Shown in pieces: positions 18,734-28,530 of a DNA stretch of 32,000 nt (within the stretch, counting starts at the first letter, position 1; each line of letters opens with the position of its first letter). Both the position numbers and the translations under genes were made by a program. The notes under the pieces are model-generated. The model ran no database searches. It was not told the DNA's origin and saw nothing but the letters and a program-made list of their open reading frames with translations. This DNA is from Candidatus Saccharimonadota bacterium (GTDB lineage Bacteria; Patescibacteriota; Saccharimonadia; Saccharimonadales; UBA4665): assembly GCA_016699935.1 (NCBI GenBank), contig CP064992.1, forward strand, positions 1,194,309-1,226,308. The letters run 5' to 3'.

Positions 18734-19183
18734 TCAATTCCCAAGCTCGTCGAGCATCTCTATGCGCCGTTTGTAGCGTGGTGCACCAGAGAACGGTGTC
18801 ATTAACCAGGCCTGTACAATACCCACTATCTGCTCAAAATCCAAGCTATGTGCCGGCAAACACAACACGTTGCAGTCATTGTCGTTACGTGCATCACGGA
18901 CTGTATCTTGGCTCCACCCCACACATGCACGGATTCCTTTAAAGCGATTTGCGGCCATAGCCATGCCCTGCCCGCCACTCGTCACCAAGATACCTCGTAT
19001 GTCAGTAGACGGGTCTGCTATCATGGCGTTGACAGCTGCAACTGCAAACTGTGGGAAATCGTCATCTGGATGTTTTTCGGCGTCACCAACATCGATCACT
19101 TCATAGCCACCTCGCTTGAGGTAGTCAGCAAGAGTCGCCTTCAATTCAAATCCGTTGTGGTCAGCCCCAATAAATAGCTTCAT
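18734..19183 (-). CDS. rpiB: RpiB/LacA/LacB-family sugar-phosphate isomerase, paralog 2 (ribose-5-phosphate isomerase B-like)
   Basis: Intact 149-aa ORF reading MKLFIGADHNGFELK...GILVTSGGQGMAMAANRFKGIRA...TPFSGAPRYKRRIEMLDE. Confidence 0.9.
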   Translation of the reverse strand: MKLFIGADHNGFELKATLADYLKRGGYEVIDVGDAEKHPDDDFPQFAVAAVNAMIADPSTDIRGILVTSGGQGMAMAANRFKGIRACVGWSQDTVRDARNDNDCNVLCLPAHSLDFEQIVGIVQAWLMTPFSGAPRYKRRIEMLDELGN

Positions 19184-19190
19184 GTTTGTA

Positions 19191-19389
19191 TCACCCCTTT
19201 TGTGTCTTTAGATATTCTAGCACAAGCGGTATCCACCCAATCAAGCCATAACTACCAACAACATAAATTGGTGTCATAAGCAAGAAACGACTAACCCCGT
19301 AGGTTGTCACCACCGATCGCTTGAACGATCGTATACATGATAAACGCAACCGGTACCGCCCCAAGCCAGTAGCAAGTATGGGTATACAT
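19191..19389 (-). CDS. Possible small two-TM membrane protein of about 66 aa, with a frameshift at a C/G run near 19295
   Basis: MYTHTCYWLGAVPVAFIMYTIVQAIGG... continues in another frame as ...LLMTPIYVVGSYGLIGWIPLVLEYLKTQKG. The stop overlaps the SD of rpiB. Both pieces fall below the ORF-track cutoff. Confidence 0.3.
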
Positions 19390-19414
19390 TTTTCGCTTAT
19401 TAAGTTTGGTCTCG

Positions 19415-19980
19415 CTAATAGCTGCCTTGGTAACGTTCCATTTTTGGCCTCTTCTTCGGCAACCTTTTGCTCCTGTGCTCTTTTTCTGCTATATGAGCCG
19501 GGATTACGGCGTCAGGGTCAGGATTAGTCGGCGTGATAACAGGCGTCATAACAGCCTGTGGGGTTTGTTGCTTTTTTGCTGCTTTATAAAACACCGTGCG
19601 CCAAAAGCTCAATTTTGACTAGTGGATCCAACTTTTCTTGATTTTGCCCGACGTTCTGTGTTGCCGGTTTTATTGGTGAAAGTGGCGGCTGTACGGCTAT
19701 GGGTTTTGGCCGATCCGGCGGCAACTTCTGTGAGGGTGGTTGGTTTGGGCTGAGTCAGTGGGGCGGTCGCTGGCGGTTTTACCTCAAGGTGTGACGCTGG
19801 GCGTTGATCTTCAACCTTACCGTCAGCATGAATAACAGCACCAACAAGCCTTTCCATGGGTGGAGGGTCATTTATTTTGTCTAATGTAGCCTTCAACTTA
19901 GCTACTTTCTCATCTTCCTTCGGCGCTGTCTTTGGTGCCAAAGCTGATGATGCGTGTGACTTCTTATTGTGCCATGCCAT
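19415..19980 (-). CDS. Hypothetical Pro/Lys/Thr-rich low-complexity protein. It is either two ORFs joined at 19609-19612 or one frameshifted gene.
   Basis: ORFs 19609-19980 and 19415-19612 abut each other. GGGAG lies upstream of the ATG at 19980. No family recognised. Confidence 0.35.
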
Positions 19981-19990
19981 AGGCTACTCC

Positions 19991-21025
<1,035 letters not shown>

Positions 21026-21076
21026 TTATCTTGCTTATGTCTCTATTGTAAACCAAAATTCACCAAATCCATATGG

Positions 21077-21609
21077 CTATGGAGCAACATCACTCATAAC
21101 TGAAACATCACCTATCGCTACTTGGGCCAAGTCGTGCCAAGGCGATCCTTTGAATATTTCAGGTATCCTTCTAGGATCTTCCCAGGTGTAGCCGCCAGGA
21201 TGTTCATCACTGGTGATTACTTCGGGGTTATCTACTATCGCCTCGAACAATACTCTTTGTTTTTGCCCGCCCTTTCCGCTGATTCTTGGCCCGATATGGC
21301 TGGCAAAAGCACCAGCCCGCCTAAGTACCACTCCGGTTTCCTCTACTGCCTCTCTGCGGGCAGTACATTCTAAGTAAAGCTGATTACTAATAAGCCCGTT
21401 ACCTATACCAAGTTTACTACTAACTAATTTGGCGGCATCGGCATCTTCAGTACCGTATCTTCCACCGGGCAAGTCAGGTATCAGCTGGGTCATCCCGTCT
21501 CGGTTTACTGTCTTCCAGATTACAAGGACTTTCCCGGTTCTGCTGTTATAAACTAATACTTTTGCAGTAGTAGTAATTTCTGGTTGTACCGCCTCATGTG
21601 TTTTTGCAT
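21077..21609 (-). CDS. NUDIX hydrolase, with one frameshift in the run 21601-21605 right after the start codon
   Basis: The Nudix box is ...ECTARREAVEETGV. The open frame extends upstream to ATGCAAAAACA, which reads MQKTHEAVQ... if the A5 run is restored to A6. Confidence 0.75.
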
Positions 21610-21755
21610 ATCTGTGTCTATTTCTAGTTTGTTATTGTACGCCTACCATATACTATACTCCCCGCGCAAGTATGTATTTAAAGTTTGTTAGCGGATAATC
21701 GATGTTCCCTTGCACTCAGGGGTGGCAATAAGCTCAGGCAGATTTGCGACACCCG

Positions 21756-22277
21756 CTAGCAGATCAGCGCTCTCACCGAGAAACCCGACTTTTTATTCGC
21801 TAGCTGTTTCAGCTCTGCCAAATCGAGATATTCTACGGTGATATTTTCGCCGGGTTCGTGGGCGGTTTCTCCTTTGATCAGTGGCTCCCAGGCTAGGACA
21901 AGATAGACAAACCACTCCATCTTCTTCACCGGCTGCCAGACTTTCACGAGCCGCCAGTTTTGGAATGTGAAACCGGTCTCTTCCTGTACTTCACGCTGAG
22001 CGGCCGCGATAATGTCTGTGTCAGTTTCGTCGACCCGACCACCCGGGAAACTGCGGCGCTTGCCACTGTTGGGTTGCTCTTCGTCGAGCACAATAATTTT
22101 CCCCTCCACTAGGCAGATTACGCTTGTGGTATCGGGACGGCGTAGCATCTCGAACGTTTCCGTCGATCCGTCAAAAAGTATCTGCGGCCACTGGTAAACA
22201 TCAAATATCTCGCCCCTGAAGACGCATGTCGCATGCTCGGGTATGAGAACTGCATCAGCTGGAACTATTTTTTGCAT
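21756..22277 (-). CDS. NUDIX hydrolase (ADP-ribose pyrophosphatase-like). The C-terminus may extend to about 21690 after a late frameshift.
   Basis: 173-aa ORF with the Nudix box GGRVDETDTDIIAAAQREVQEETGF. Confidence 0.8.
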   Translation of the reverse strand: MQKIVPADAVLIPEHATCVFRGEIFDVYQWPQILFDGSTETFEMLRRPDTTSVICLVEGKIIVLDEEQPNSGKRRSFPGGRVDETDTDIIAAAQREVQEETGFTFQNWRLVKVWQPVKKMEWFVYLVLAWEPLIKGETAHEPGENITVEYLDLAELKQLANKKSGFSVRALIC

Positions 22278-22278
22278 C

Positions 22279-22806
22279 TTATTTTTTGTATCGTGCTATA
22301 CATTCTTTAATGATGCGCTTTGCTTCTTCGGCATCGCCCCAGCCGAGCACTTTGGTGGAGCCGGGTTTTTTCAGGTCTTTGTAGTGCATGAAGTGGTGTT
22401 CAATCTTCTGCCGCCAGCGGCCGTGCAGATCATCGAGACTTTTGATGGCATCGTCAGTGTTGCGGTCATCGGCTGGCACGCAGATGATTTTATCGTCCAC
22501 TTCGCCGTCATCTTCAAATTTAAGCACACCAATAACAATCGCCTCTAAAAATACACCTGTTGGGATAGGCTCATTAGTGAGGACAAGTGTATCTAATTCG
22601 TCACCGTCTTCGTCAAGCGTCTGAGGAATGAAGCCGTAGTTTACTGGTTTCGCAAAGATACTCGGCTCTACGCGGTCCAGCTGAAACGCCGCAACGTTAC
22701 GGTTCCACTCAATCTTGAGTGTTGACCACTTTGGAATTTCCACCACGGTATTGATGAGTCCAGCGTCAACATCACCCGGGGTTAGTACTACGTTAAAATC
22801 TGGCAT
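22279..22806 (-). CDS. ppa: Inorganic pyrophosphatase (family I)
   Basis: Intact 175-aa ORF with VVEIPKWS, DGDELDTLVL and FEDDGEVDDKIICVP. Confidence 0.92.
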   Translation of the reverse strand: MPDFNVVLTPGDVDAGLINTVVEIPKWSTLKIEWNRNVAAFQLDRVEPSIFAKPVNYGFIPQTLDEDGDELDTLVLTNEPIPTGVFLEAIVIGVLKFEDDGEVDDKIICVPADDRNTDDAIKSLDDLHGRWRQKIEHHFMHYKDLKKPGSTKVLGWGDAEEAKRIIKECIARYKK

Positions 22807-22900
22807 ATTTCCTCCGAATTAGTGGTTGGTTATTGGTAGTTCGTCCTTGGCAAGCACTGTGCCAGTACACTCACATCCAGCAATATTGTACACTATAGAC

Positions 22901-23547
22901 ATGAAAATCATTGGGCACCGCGGCGCCCGGGGACTTAGCCCCGAAAACACACTTGCAAGCTTCGAGAAGCCATGAGCACGGGGCAGATGCAGTCGAGCTG
23001 GATGTCCGTGTCACCCGGGACAGCGTCGCCGTCGTTCACCACGATGCGGCAGTTGACCAAATGGCAGCAGAAGTCTTGTTGCCCGAACGACGTATGCAGA
23101 GCTTCTCGGCACAAGCGTGATTTTACCAGCGCTTGACCATACCATCCGAGCTATCGCCCACCGCTGCGACATCAGTGATGAAATCGACCAGGTGGGCCAC
23201 CAAGCAAACAATCGGCATCATCAGGATCGGTTGAAAGCGCGGCTGGCGACTTAAGATTTGCAGTAGCGTCTTACGACTTTCATATCTTGCAAGAGTGCGC
23301 GACAGCTTCCTGGTATACAGCTCGTTGTCATCGATAAATGGTCTGGAGTACGGGCAACTACCGTGCGCAAGTTGCACACCAAACGTATTAGCATGAACCG
23401 GCGGTGGCTCTGCGTGGCTTTTAAAGGTATGAAGCGAAGTGGCTTCCAGCTAACTCCTTACACCATAAATAACCGCTGCCAAGCAAAAATGGCGCCCCTA
23501 TCTCTACGGCATTATCACACCGCCCTGACCTGTTCACCAAACGCTAG
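22901..23547 (+). CDS. Glycerophosphodiester phosphodiesterase (GDPD family), with at least 4 frameshifts
   Basis: MKIIGHRGARGLSPENTLASFEK, HGADAVELDVRVTRDSVAVVHHD, and C-terminal ...YTINN...GIIT(D)RPDLFTKR ending at the TAG at 23545-23547. Confidence 0.75.
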
Positions 23548-23618
23548 CCCGCTCTGATGATGCCTTGCCTCTCCACACACATACCAACCCAGTACCTAAA
23601 CCCGAACAGCATATCTTC

Positions 23619-23978
23619 ATTTAAACCGTACGGCCATTACAGTTATTTTGGGCTAACACAGATGCCCTCAAGCTATTTGTCCTCCCATAAAGGTATGGAC
23701 ACGACACATCACTCTGTTAATGGTTTTAAACCGTACGGCCGTGCGGTTTAATTACCTGTGATGGACTTACTTCGATCATATTTAACCACAAATATACGTC
23801 ATACTACTTGCCGTCTCGAATGGCTTTATGCCCTATTTTTAAATTGTACGGCCGTGCGGTTTATTTTGATTTGCTAAGATAAATTACCAGAGATTTCGAA
23901 AAATAATTATTATCTCAGGTCGGGTTAAAACAGATGATCTACGTATTTTTAAACCGTACGGCCGTACGGTTTATTTTG
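23619..23978 (+). repeat. Array of 4 palindromic terminator-like repeats (~32 nt) separated by unique 73-82 nt spacers
   Basis: The cores are AAACCGTACGGCC(attacag) at 23623, AAACCGTACGGCCGTGCGGTTT at 23728-23749, AAATTGTACGGCCGTGCGGTTT at 23841-23862 and AAACCGTACGGCCGTACGGTTT at 23951-23972. Each is flanked by TTTT upstream and has ATTTTG or AATT downstream. Confidence 0.9.
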
Positions 23979-24005
23979 TAGTCGGCGGTCTGGTAGACTG
24001 GGAGG

Positions 24006-24680
24006 ATGAATGTTAGGTTTATAAGCAAGCAAGTCATTGCGCCAGATGTTTGTGAGTTTTGTTTTCGACCAAACACAGAGGTTGAGTACACTCCGGGGCA
24101 ATATGCTCGGTTTACCTTCCCTTTTCACATTGATGACCCACGAGGTAAACAGCACCGCACCTTTAGCCTCATTTCTCACCCTTCAGATCCAGATATTCGC
24201 TTTATTACGCGGCTGAATCCGCCGCTCAGCATTTATAAAACACATCTGTTTGCTCTGAAGTCGGGAGATACAATGCGTATCGACGAACCCCACGGCGATG
24301 CTGTTTTACCACGACTTGCCACCACCCCAATCATATTCGTCGCCCAGGGTATTGCCCTGGCCAGCTACCTTTCCATGCTCGATGAGTGTGCAAGGTCCGA
24401 CCTCGCACATCCTATTTCGCTGTTGTGGGTGCGACGGGGTGAAGACGACAGATTGGAAAACCTCATCCCAGGTGAAGTGCCGCACCTCACTCGAATAGAT
24501 TTGCACTACCCCACCCGTCTCAGGGTTGATGATGTTTTGCCTAACACCCAATCTACAAGCCTCATCTACCTTTCGGGTAGCCAAAAATTTGTCGAAAGCC
24601 TAGGCGCCGATCTCGAAACTGCCGGCATACCCCGCGAACGCCTAATCTACGACTACTACAGTGGCTACACCGATTTGTAG
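24006..24680 (+). CDS. Ferredoxin-NADP reductase-like FAD/NAD(P)-binding oxidoreductase
   Basis: Intact 224-aa ORF. RTFSLIS is the RxYS-type FAD-binding motif, and PIIFVAQGIALASYLSM is an NAD-binding glycine-rich strand-loop. GGGAGG abuts the ATG. Confidence 0.7.
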   Translation: MNVRFISKQVIAPDVCEFCFRPNTEVEYTPGQYARFTFPFHIDDPRGKQHRTFSLISHPSDPDIRFITRLNPPLSIYKTHLFALKSGDTMRIDEPHGDAVLPRLATTPIIFVAQGIALASYLSMLDECARSDLAHPISLLWVRRGEDDRLENLIPGEVPHLTRIDLHYPTRLRVDDVLPNTQSTSLIYLSGSQKFVESLGADLETAGIPRERLIYDYYSGYTDL

Positions 24681-24698
24681 CATGATATAGTAAAAACA

Positions 24699-25133
24699 AT
24701 GATTGGCTTCAACCATGCGCTTGTCGGTGGTTTGATAGGCAAATTTGTGCCTTGGCCTATAGGCGTGCCGCTGGCGCTTGCTTCGCACTTTGCTCTCGAT
24801 ATGTTGCCTCACTATGGCATCGACCATGCCAAACGTGACAGCTCTCGTTTCTGGAAAATATTCTTCACGATAGACTTTTTCGCAACATTGGGGTTGGCTT
24901 TTGGGCAATCACAAATCACCACTATGCCATGTATGTCTGTGGCCAAATAGCCGTCCTACCTGACTTTGTCTGGGTAGCTTCGGTGATAAGACACCGTTCT
25001 TTTAGCCTACAAAAATCAGAAAATCGTTTCGAGCATTGGCACAAAAAATTCAAAATACGAATTCCCAGCCGGCCTAAGCATAGAACTCCCCTCTGCCATC
25101 CTGTTTTACTACGTCATCCTCCAAACACCCTAG
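24699..25133 (+). CDS. Hypothetical integral membrane protein, possibly DUF457/YdjM-like, with 1-2 frameshifts
   Basis: MIGFNHALVGGLIGKFVPWPIGVPLALASHFALDMLPHYG. The later pieces read LPDFVWVASVI and GLSIELPSAILFYYVILQTP, ending at the TAG at 25131-25133. Confidence 0.4.
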
Positions 25134-25416
25134 CTCTCCGACGACGATAATGTTCATACATCATTAATATTTCCCTAGCTTAGATGTCGCACTCGAAGCT
25201 GACGGCATCCCCACACCAATACCTAATCTATAACTACTACAGAAGCTACTTACTATTTATTTTGGAAAACTTCATCGTCGTGAGTCAAACCTGCAGCCCA
25301 TAGTATAAGCCCTAATCATTTATTTCTTTCGCTTGAGCATCTTCACTTGCCCTTGTTCTTGGCTGAACCCACCGTCTACCGCTAAGAGTCTGCTTTTAAT
25401 TCACTGTCAATTAGCC

Positions 25417-25917
25417 TTAAGAAAAATAGGCCTCTGGCCGAAAATAGCCGCCTGATTTCTTCTTGTTCAGGTAATAAAGGTCGCAGTCACCCGCTAGAGA
25501 AGTTCCATCTCTCAAAGTAGCCAATTCATCCGTGGAACCAACATAAACCACATCATTCGATTTGCAGATTCTAAAATCGCTCGCAAACCATGCTACTGCG
25601 CCAGCCATGCAAATATTGCAACTGGTGGTGGTAATTTTTTGCTGATCTTTCCCCTAGAACGTAAAAAATATTTGCAAGTTCTAGGAGTATCCTTCTCCAT
25701 CTGTCATTTTGCGCCAGAGTTTCGGGCAACTAACTTTATAAATTTTACGAGCAATCGAAATCCTCAAATCACTCGCTCGGAATGCTTCTGCTGCACTTAT
25801 GTCAGTTTCCGGAAAACATGGTGAATTACTTGCATCAGTAACAACGAGTAAACTCTCATTATGAGCCAACACGTCACCTGTCGGTTTTGTTCCAGGCAAT
25901 ACGAATGCTCCTGCCAT
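25417..25917 (-). pseudogene. A 167-codon reading frame coupled to the trxB stop, interrupted by two in-frame TAG codons. No family recognised.
   Basis: ORFs 25681-25917 and 25417-25608 are in the same frame. The only stops between them are TAG at 25681-25683 and 25654-25656. The first ATG overlaps the trxB TAA (TAATG). Confidence 0.35.
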
Positions 25918-26885
25918 TACACTTCCTCCATAACGTCAACGTGGCCTTCCGAGGTATTCGCGGATTTTAGGGCGGCGGTGGCGCCTTCGCCGACGGCGCT
26001 GGCAATCTGCATAGTGGCGTGAGAGCGGATATCGCCTGCTACAAACACGCCATTCATGCTAGACATAAGGTTTTCGTCTGTCTTAATCAAACCGAGCTCG
26101 TCGGTCTCTAGCTGGCCGCCGGCAAACTCGCTATTGGGTTTTAAGCCTACAAAAACAAACACGCCGTCAGTATCGATCTTTACTTCATTGCCAGTTTTCG
26201 TATCTGTTCCCTTCACCTGGACGACTTTGCCATCTTTGTCGCCAATGATTTCATCAGTCGTGGTCGCAAGGTGTACGGTAATTTTCCCTTTGTCGACGAA
26301 TTTTTGCAGTTCTTTTTGCAAAACATCACTAGCCCGCATGCGGCTGCGCACCATTAGATCGATATGGCTGGCAAAGCGTGTCAAAAACATAGCTTCCTGG
26401 ACGGCCGAGTTACCACCGCCCACGACCACAAGCCGTTTGTCTCGGTAAAATGCACCGTCACAGGTAGCACAATAGTGAACACCGCGGGCGTAGTATTCAG
26501 CCTCGCCGGGGATGCCCAACTTTTTGTAGTCACTGCCAGTAGCGACAAGCACCACGCGGGCGTACAGGTCACCAAGCGTCGTTTCCAGGTGTTTCCATTC
26601 ACCTTCATCGTGCAAGGCCGTTACCTCACCGAAGTCAATGACTGCGCCAAAGCGCTCGGCTTGTTTCTGCAAATTCCCAGCCAGCTCTAGCCCTGCGAGG
26701 CCATCTGGGAAGCCTGGGTAATTATCGACCCAATCTGTCACAGCAGCTAAACCACCTGGTACGCCTTTTTCGAGAAGTAGTGTTTCGATATCTTCGCGCG
26801 TGGTATACACGGCAGCACTAAGTGCAGCCGGGCCGGCGCCAATCATAATTACGGTATGTGAATTTTCCTTTGTCCGCTTTTCCAT
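25917..26885 (-). CDS. trxB: Thioredoxin-disulfide reductase
   Basis: Intact 322-aa ORF with IGAGPAALSAAVY, the redox centre CATCDG and GGGNSAVQEA. An extended -10 box (TGATACAAT) and GGAG lie upstream. Confidence 0.95.
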   Translation of the reverse strand: MEKRTKENSHTVIMIGAGPAALSAAVYTTREDIETLLLEKGVPGGLAAVTDWVDNYPGFPDGLAGLELAGNLQKQAERFGAVIDFGEVTALHDEGEWKHLETTLGDLYARVVLVATGSDYKKLGIPGEAEYYARGVHYCATCDGAFYRDKRLVVVGGGNSAVQEAMFLTRFASHIDLMVRSRMRASDVLQKELQKFVDKGKITVHLATTTDEIIGDKDGKVVQVKGTDTKTGNEVKIDTDGVFVFVGLKPNSEFAGGQLETDELGLIKTDENLMSSMNGVFVAGDIRSHATMQIASAVGEGATAALKSANTSEGHVDVMEEV

Positions 26886-27038
26886 AGTTTCTCCATTGTA
26901 TCAAGTTACCATCGATTGAAAAACTGGCTTTTGTGAGTGCAGTGCTAGGCGACAGTGAAGCGCAAACTGAGCCGTATTTCAATACGATGAGGAAGCACTG
27001 GAACTGGCAACGCAGCAATGCGCCACAAAAACGGTTTT

Positions 27039-27287
27039 TTAGGCGATGGCGGGGGCGAGCTTAGCCAGGTTATAGCCCACTACGACCTCTTGTGAGTCGT
27101 CCTGGCGGGTCACAACGGTAACTGGGACCGTCAAGGCGCCGGAGATAGCTAGGGCTTCTTGCTGGCGCTGTGGTTCTTCATCGAGATTAACTTCGTCATA
27201 GCTCAAACCTTTGGATGCCAGGTACTTTTTGACCATCGGACAGTATGCGCATGTTTTGGTAGTAAAAATAGTGATGTTTTTGACCAT
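27039..27287 (-). CDS. Glutaredoxin-like / NrdH-type small redoxin
   Basis: MVKNITIFTTKTCAYCPMVKKYL has a CxxC motif in a thioredoxin-fold context. GGAGGG lies 7 nt upstream of the ATG at 27287. Confidence 0.8.
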   Translation of the reverse strand: MVKNITIFTTKTCAYCPMVKKYLASKGLSYDEVNLDEEPQRQQEALAISGALTVPVTVVTRQDDSQEVVVGYNLAKLAPAIA

Positions 27288-27554
27288 GAAATAACCCTCC
27301 ACTGGTTATACGTAGGTTTTTATTGTAGCAGTTTTTGTTTGAGAGACTATGACAAAACTGTACGAATAAGTATATATGGTGCTTATGGTAAAGTCAATAC
27401 CGCTATATATTGTGTTTTTGTATACATTTCAGCAGGGGCTTGCCACTTCCATGCATGATGATACATCGTTCAGTCCAAGACATTGGCCTTCTGCCCTAAA
27501 GCTCAGCTGCCGTCTCATTCGCTACACTCATTAGCAGTCGTTACGCTAGTGGAG

Positions 27555-27920
27555 TTATGAGTCAATTGAGACAAGTTCAATGTCGAAGACGAGGTCGGCG
27601 TTAGCAGGGATGCCAGAGCCGTAGGGTGGGTTACTACCGTACGCCAAAGCAGCTGGGATGAGCAAGCGGCGCGTGCCGCCCACTTTCATACCCGGAACGC
27701 CCTGCGTCCAACCAGCGATAACACCTGTAAGCGGGAAGCTAATGGCTCGGCCAAAATCGTGAGAGCTCTGAAAAACTTCACCGCTCTTGGCGATGGCGCC
27801 AGTGTAATGGCACGTGACCGTTGCGCTAGGCTGTACGGTATCGCCAGTGCCTTCAACTCGGTCGTCCATAACGAGCTCTGGCACACTATCAACTGGAGCG
27901 AAATCTGCTAGCGCCGCCAT
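27555..27920 (-). CDS. FKBP-type peptidyl-prolyl cis-trans isomerase (soluble paralog)
   Basis: Intact 121-aa ORF with VTCHYTG, GVIAGWTQGVPGMKVGGTRRLLIPAALAYG and IPANADLVFDIELV. Confidence 0.9.
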   Translation of the reverse strand: MAALADFAPVDSVPELVMDDRVEGTGDTVQPSATVTCHYTGAIAKSGEVFQSSHDFGRAISFPLTGVIAGWTQGVPGMKVGGTRRLLIPAALAYGSNPPYGSGIPANADLVFDIELVSIDS

Positions 27921-28435
27921 TATTTCTGGATCCTAATGAGTTTAACCACGAAGACGAGATCTGAGTTGGCTGGAATCGCACCCTGGCCAGCTTCACCATA
28001 CGCGAGTGTCGACGGAATCACGAGCCGACGCTCTCCGCCCACTTTCATACCGACAAGTCCCTGGTCCCAACCTTGTATGACCTGGCCACCACCAAGCTTG
28101 AAACTGAAACTAGTGTCTTTTGTGTAGTTTTCATCGAACATAGTGCCATCGCTCGCAAGCGTACCGTAGTACTTCATAACGAGTGTATCGCCACTTTTCG
28201 CTTGAACACCGCTGCCCTCAGTGAGATCGGTGGTTTGGAGCTCGGTCACATCGGCTTCAGGCTTGAACACTTCCGGAGCTGGCAAAATTTCTTCCTTCTG
28301 GGCTATTTGGGTTGGTTTATCATCTTTTTTTACCATGTCTATGATAACCATGACCGTAAATGCTGATGCTGTAACCAAAAATAACACAGCTCCAAACCCT
28401 GCAAAAATCCTATCGCGCAGTCGCGTTGTCGACAT
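27920..28435 (-). CDS. FKBP-type peptidyl-prolyl cis-trans isomerase with an N-terminal membrane anchor
   Basis: Intact 171-aa ORF with the TM helix IFAGFGAVLFLVTASAFTVMVII, then VIQGWDQGLVGMKVGGERRLVIPSTLAYG and IPANSDLVFVVKL. Confidence 0.9.
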   Translation of the reverse strand: MSTTRLRDRIFAGFGAVLFLVTASAFTVMVIIDMVKKDDKPTQIAQKEEILPAPEVFKPEADVTELQTTDLTEGSGVQAKSGDTLVMKYYGTLASDGTMFDENYTKDTSFSFKLGGGQVIQGWDQGLVGMKVGGERRLVIPSTLAYGEAGQGAIPANSDLVFVVKLIRIQK

Positions 28436-28530
28436 ACAAACCCTCCATTACGTTACCCCCAGTTTGACACATGTATCCCCACCTGCACAAGCCCAGCAAC
28501 AAACATTTCAAACATGTCCCCTGTGGATAT

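Noticed and set aside
23619-23978. A CRISPR array, given the regular repeat-spacer layout
   Set aside because: There are only 4 repeats, one of them degenerate. The spacers are 73-82 nt, beyond the usual range of about 21-72 nt. The repeat is a near-perfect full-length palindrome followed by a T-tract, which is terminator-like. There are no cas genes or leader in the window. An integron attC reading was also rejected: the units are only about 110 bp with no cassette ORFs, no R'/R'' core sites were recognised and there is no intI.
23557-24179. ORF-track peptides 23557-23751 (+) and 23949-24179 (-) containing the repeated FKPYG(R) motif
   Set aside because: The shared peptide motif is just the translation of the repeated palindrome. 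There are no start or RBS contexts, and the minus-strand ORF runs antisense into the FNR-like gene.
26886-27038. A possible small RNA or tRNA in the 153-bp trxB/redoxin spacer, and likewise in 27303-27554
   Set aside because: There is no T-arm (GGTTCGAAT-type) or cloverleaf, and no strong hairpins. The spacer is adequately explained by the trxB promoter (TGATACAAT plus GGAG).
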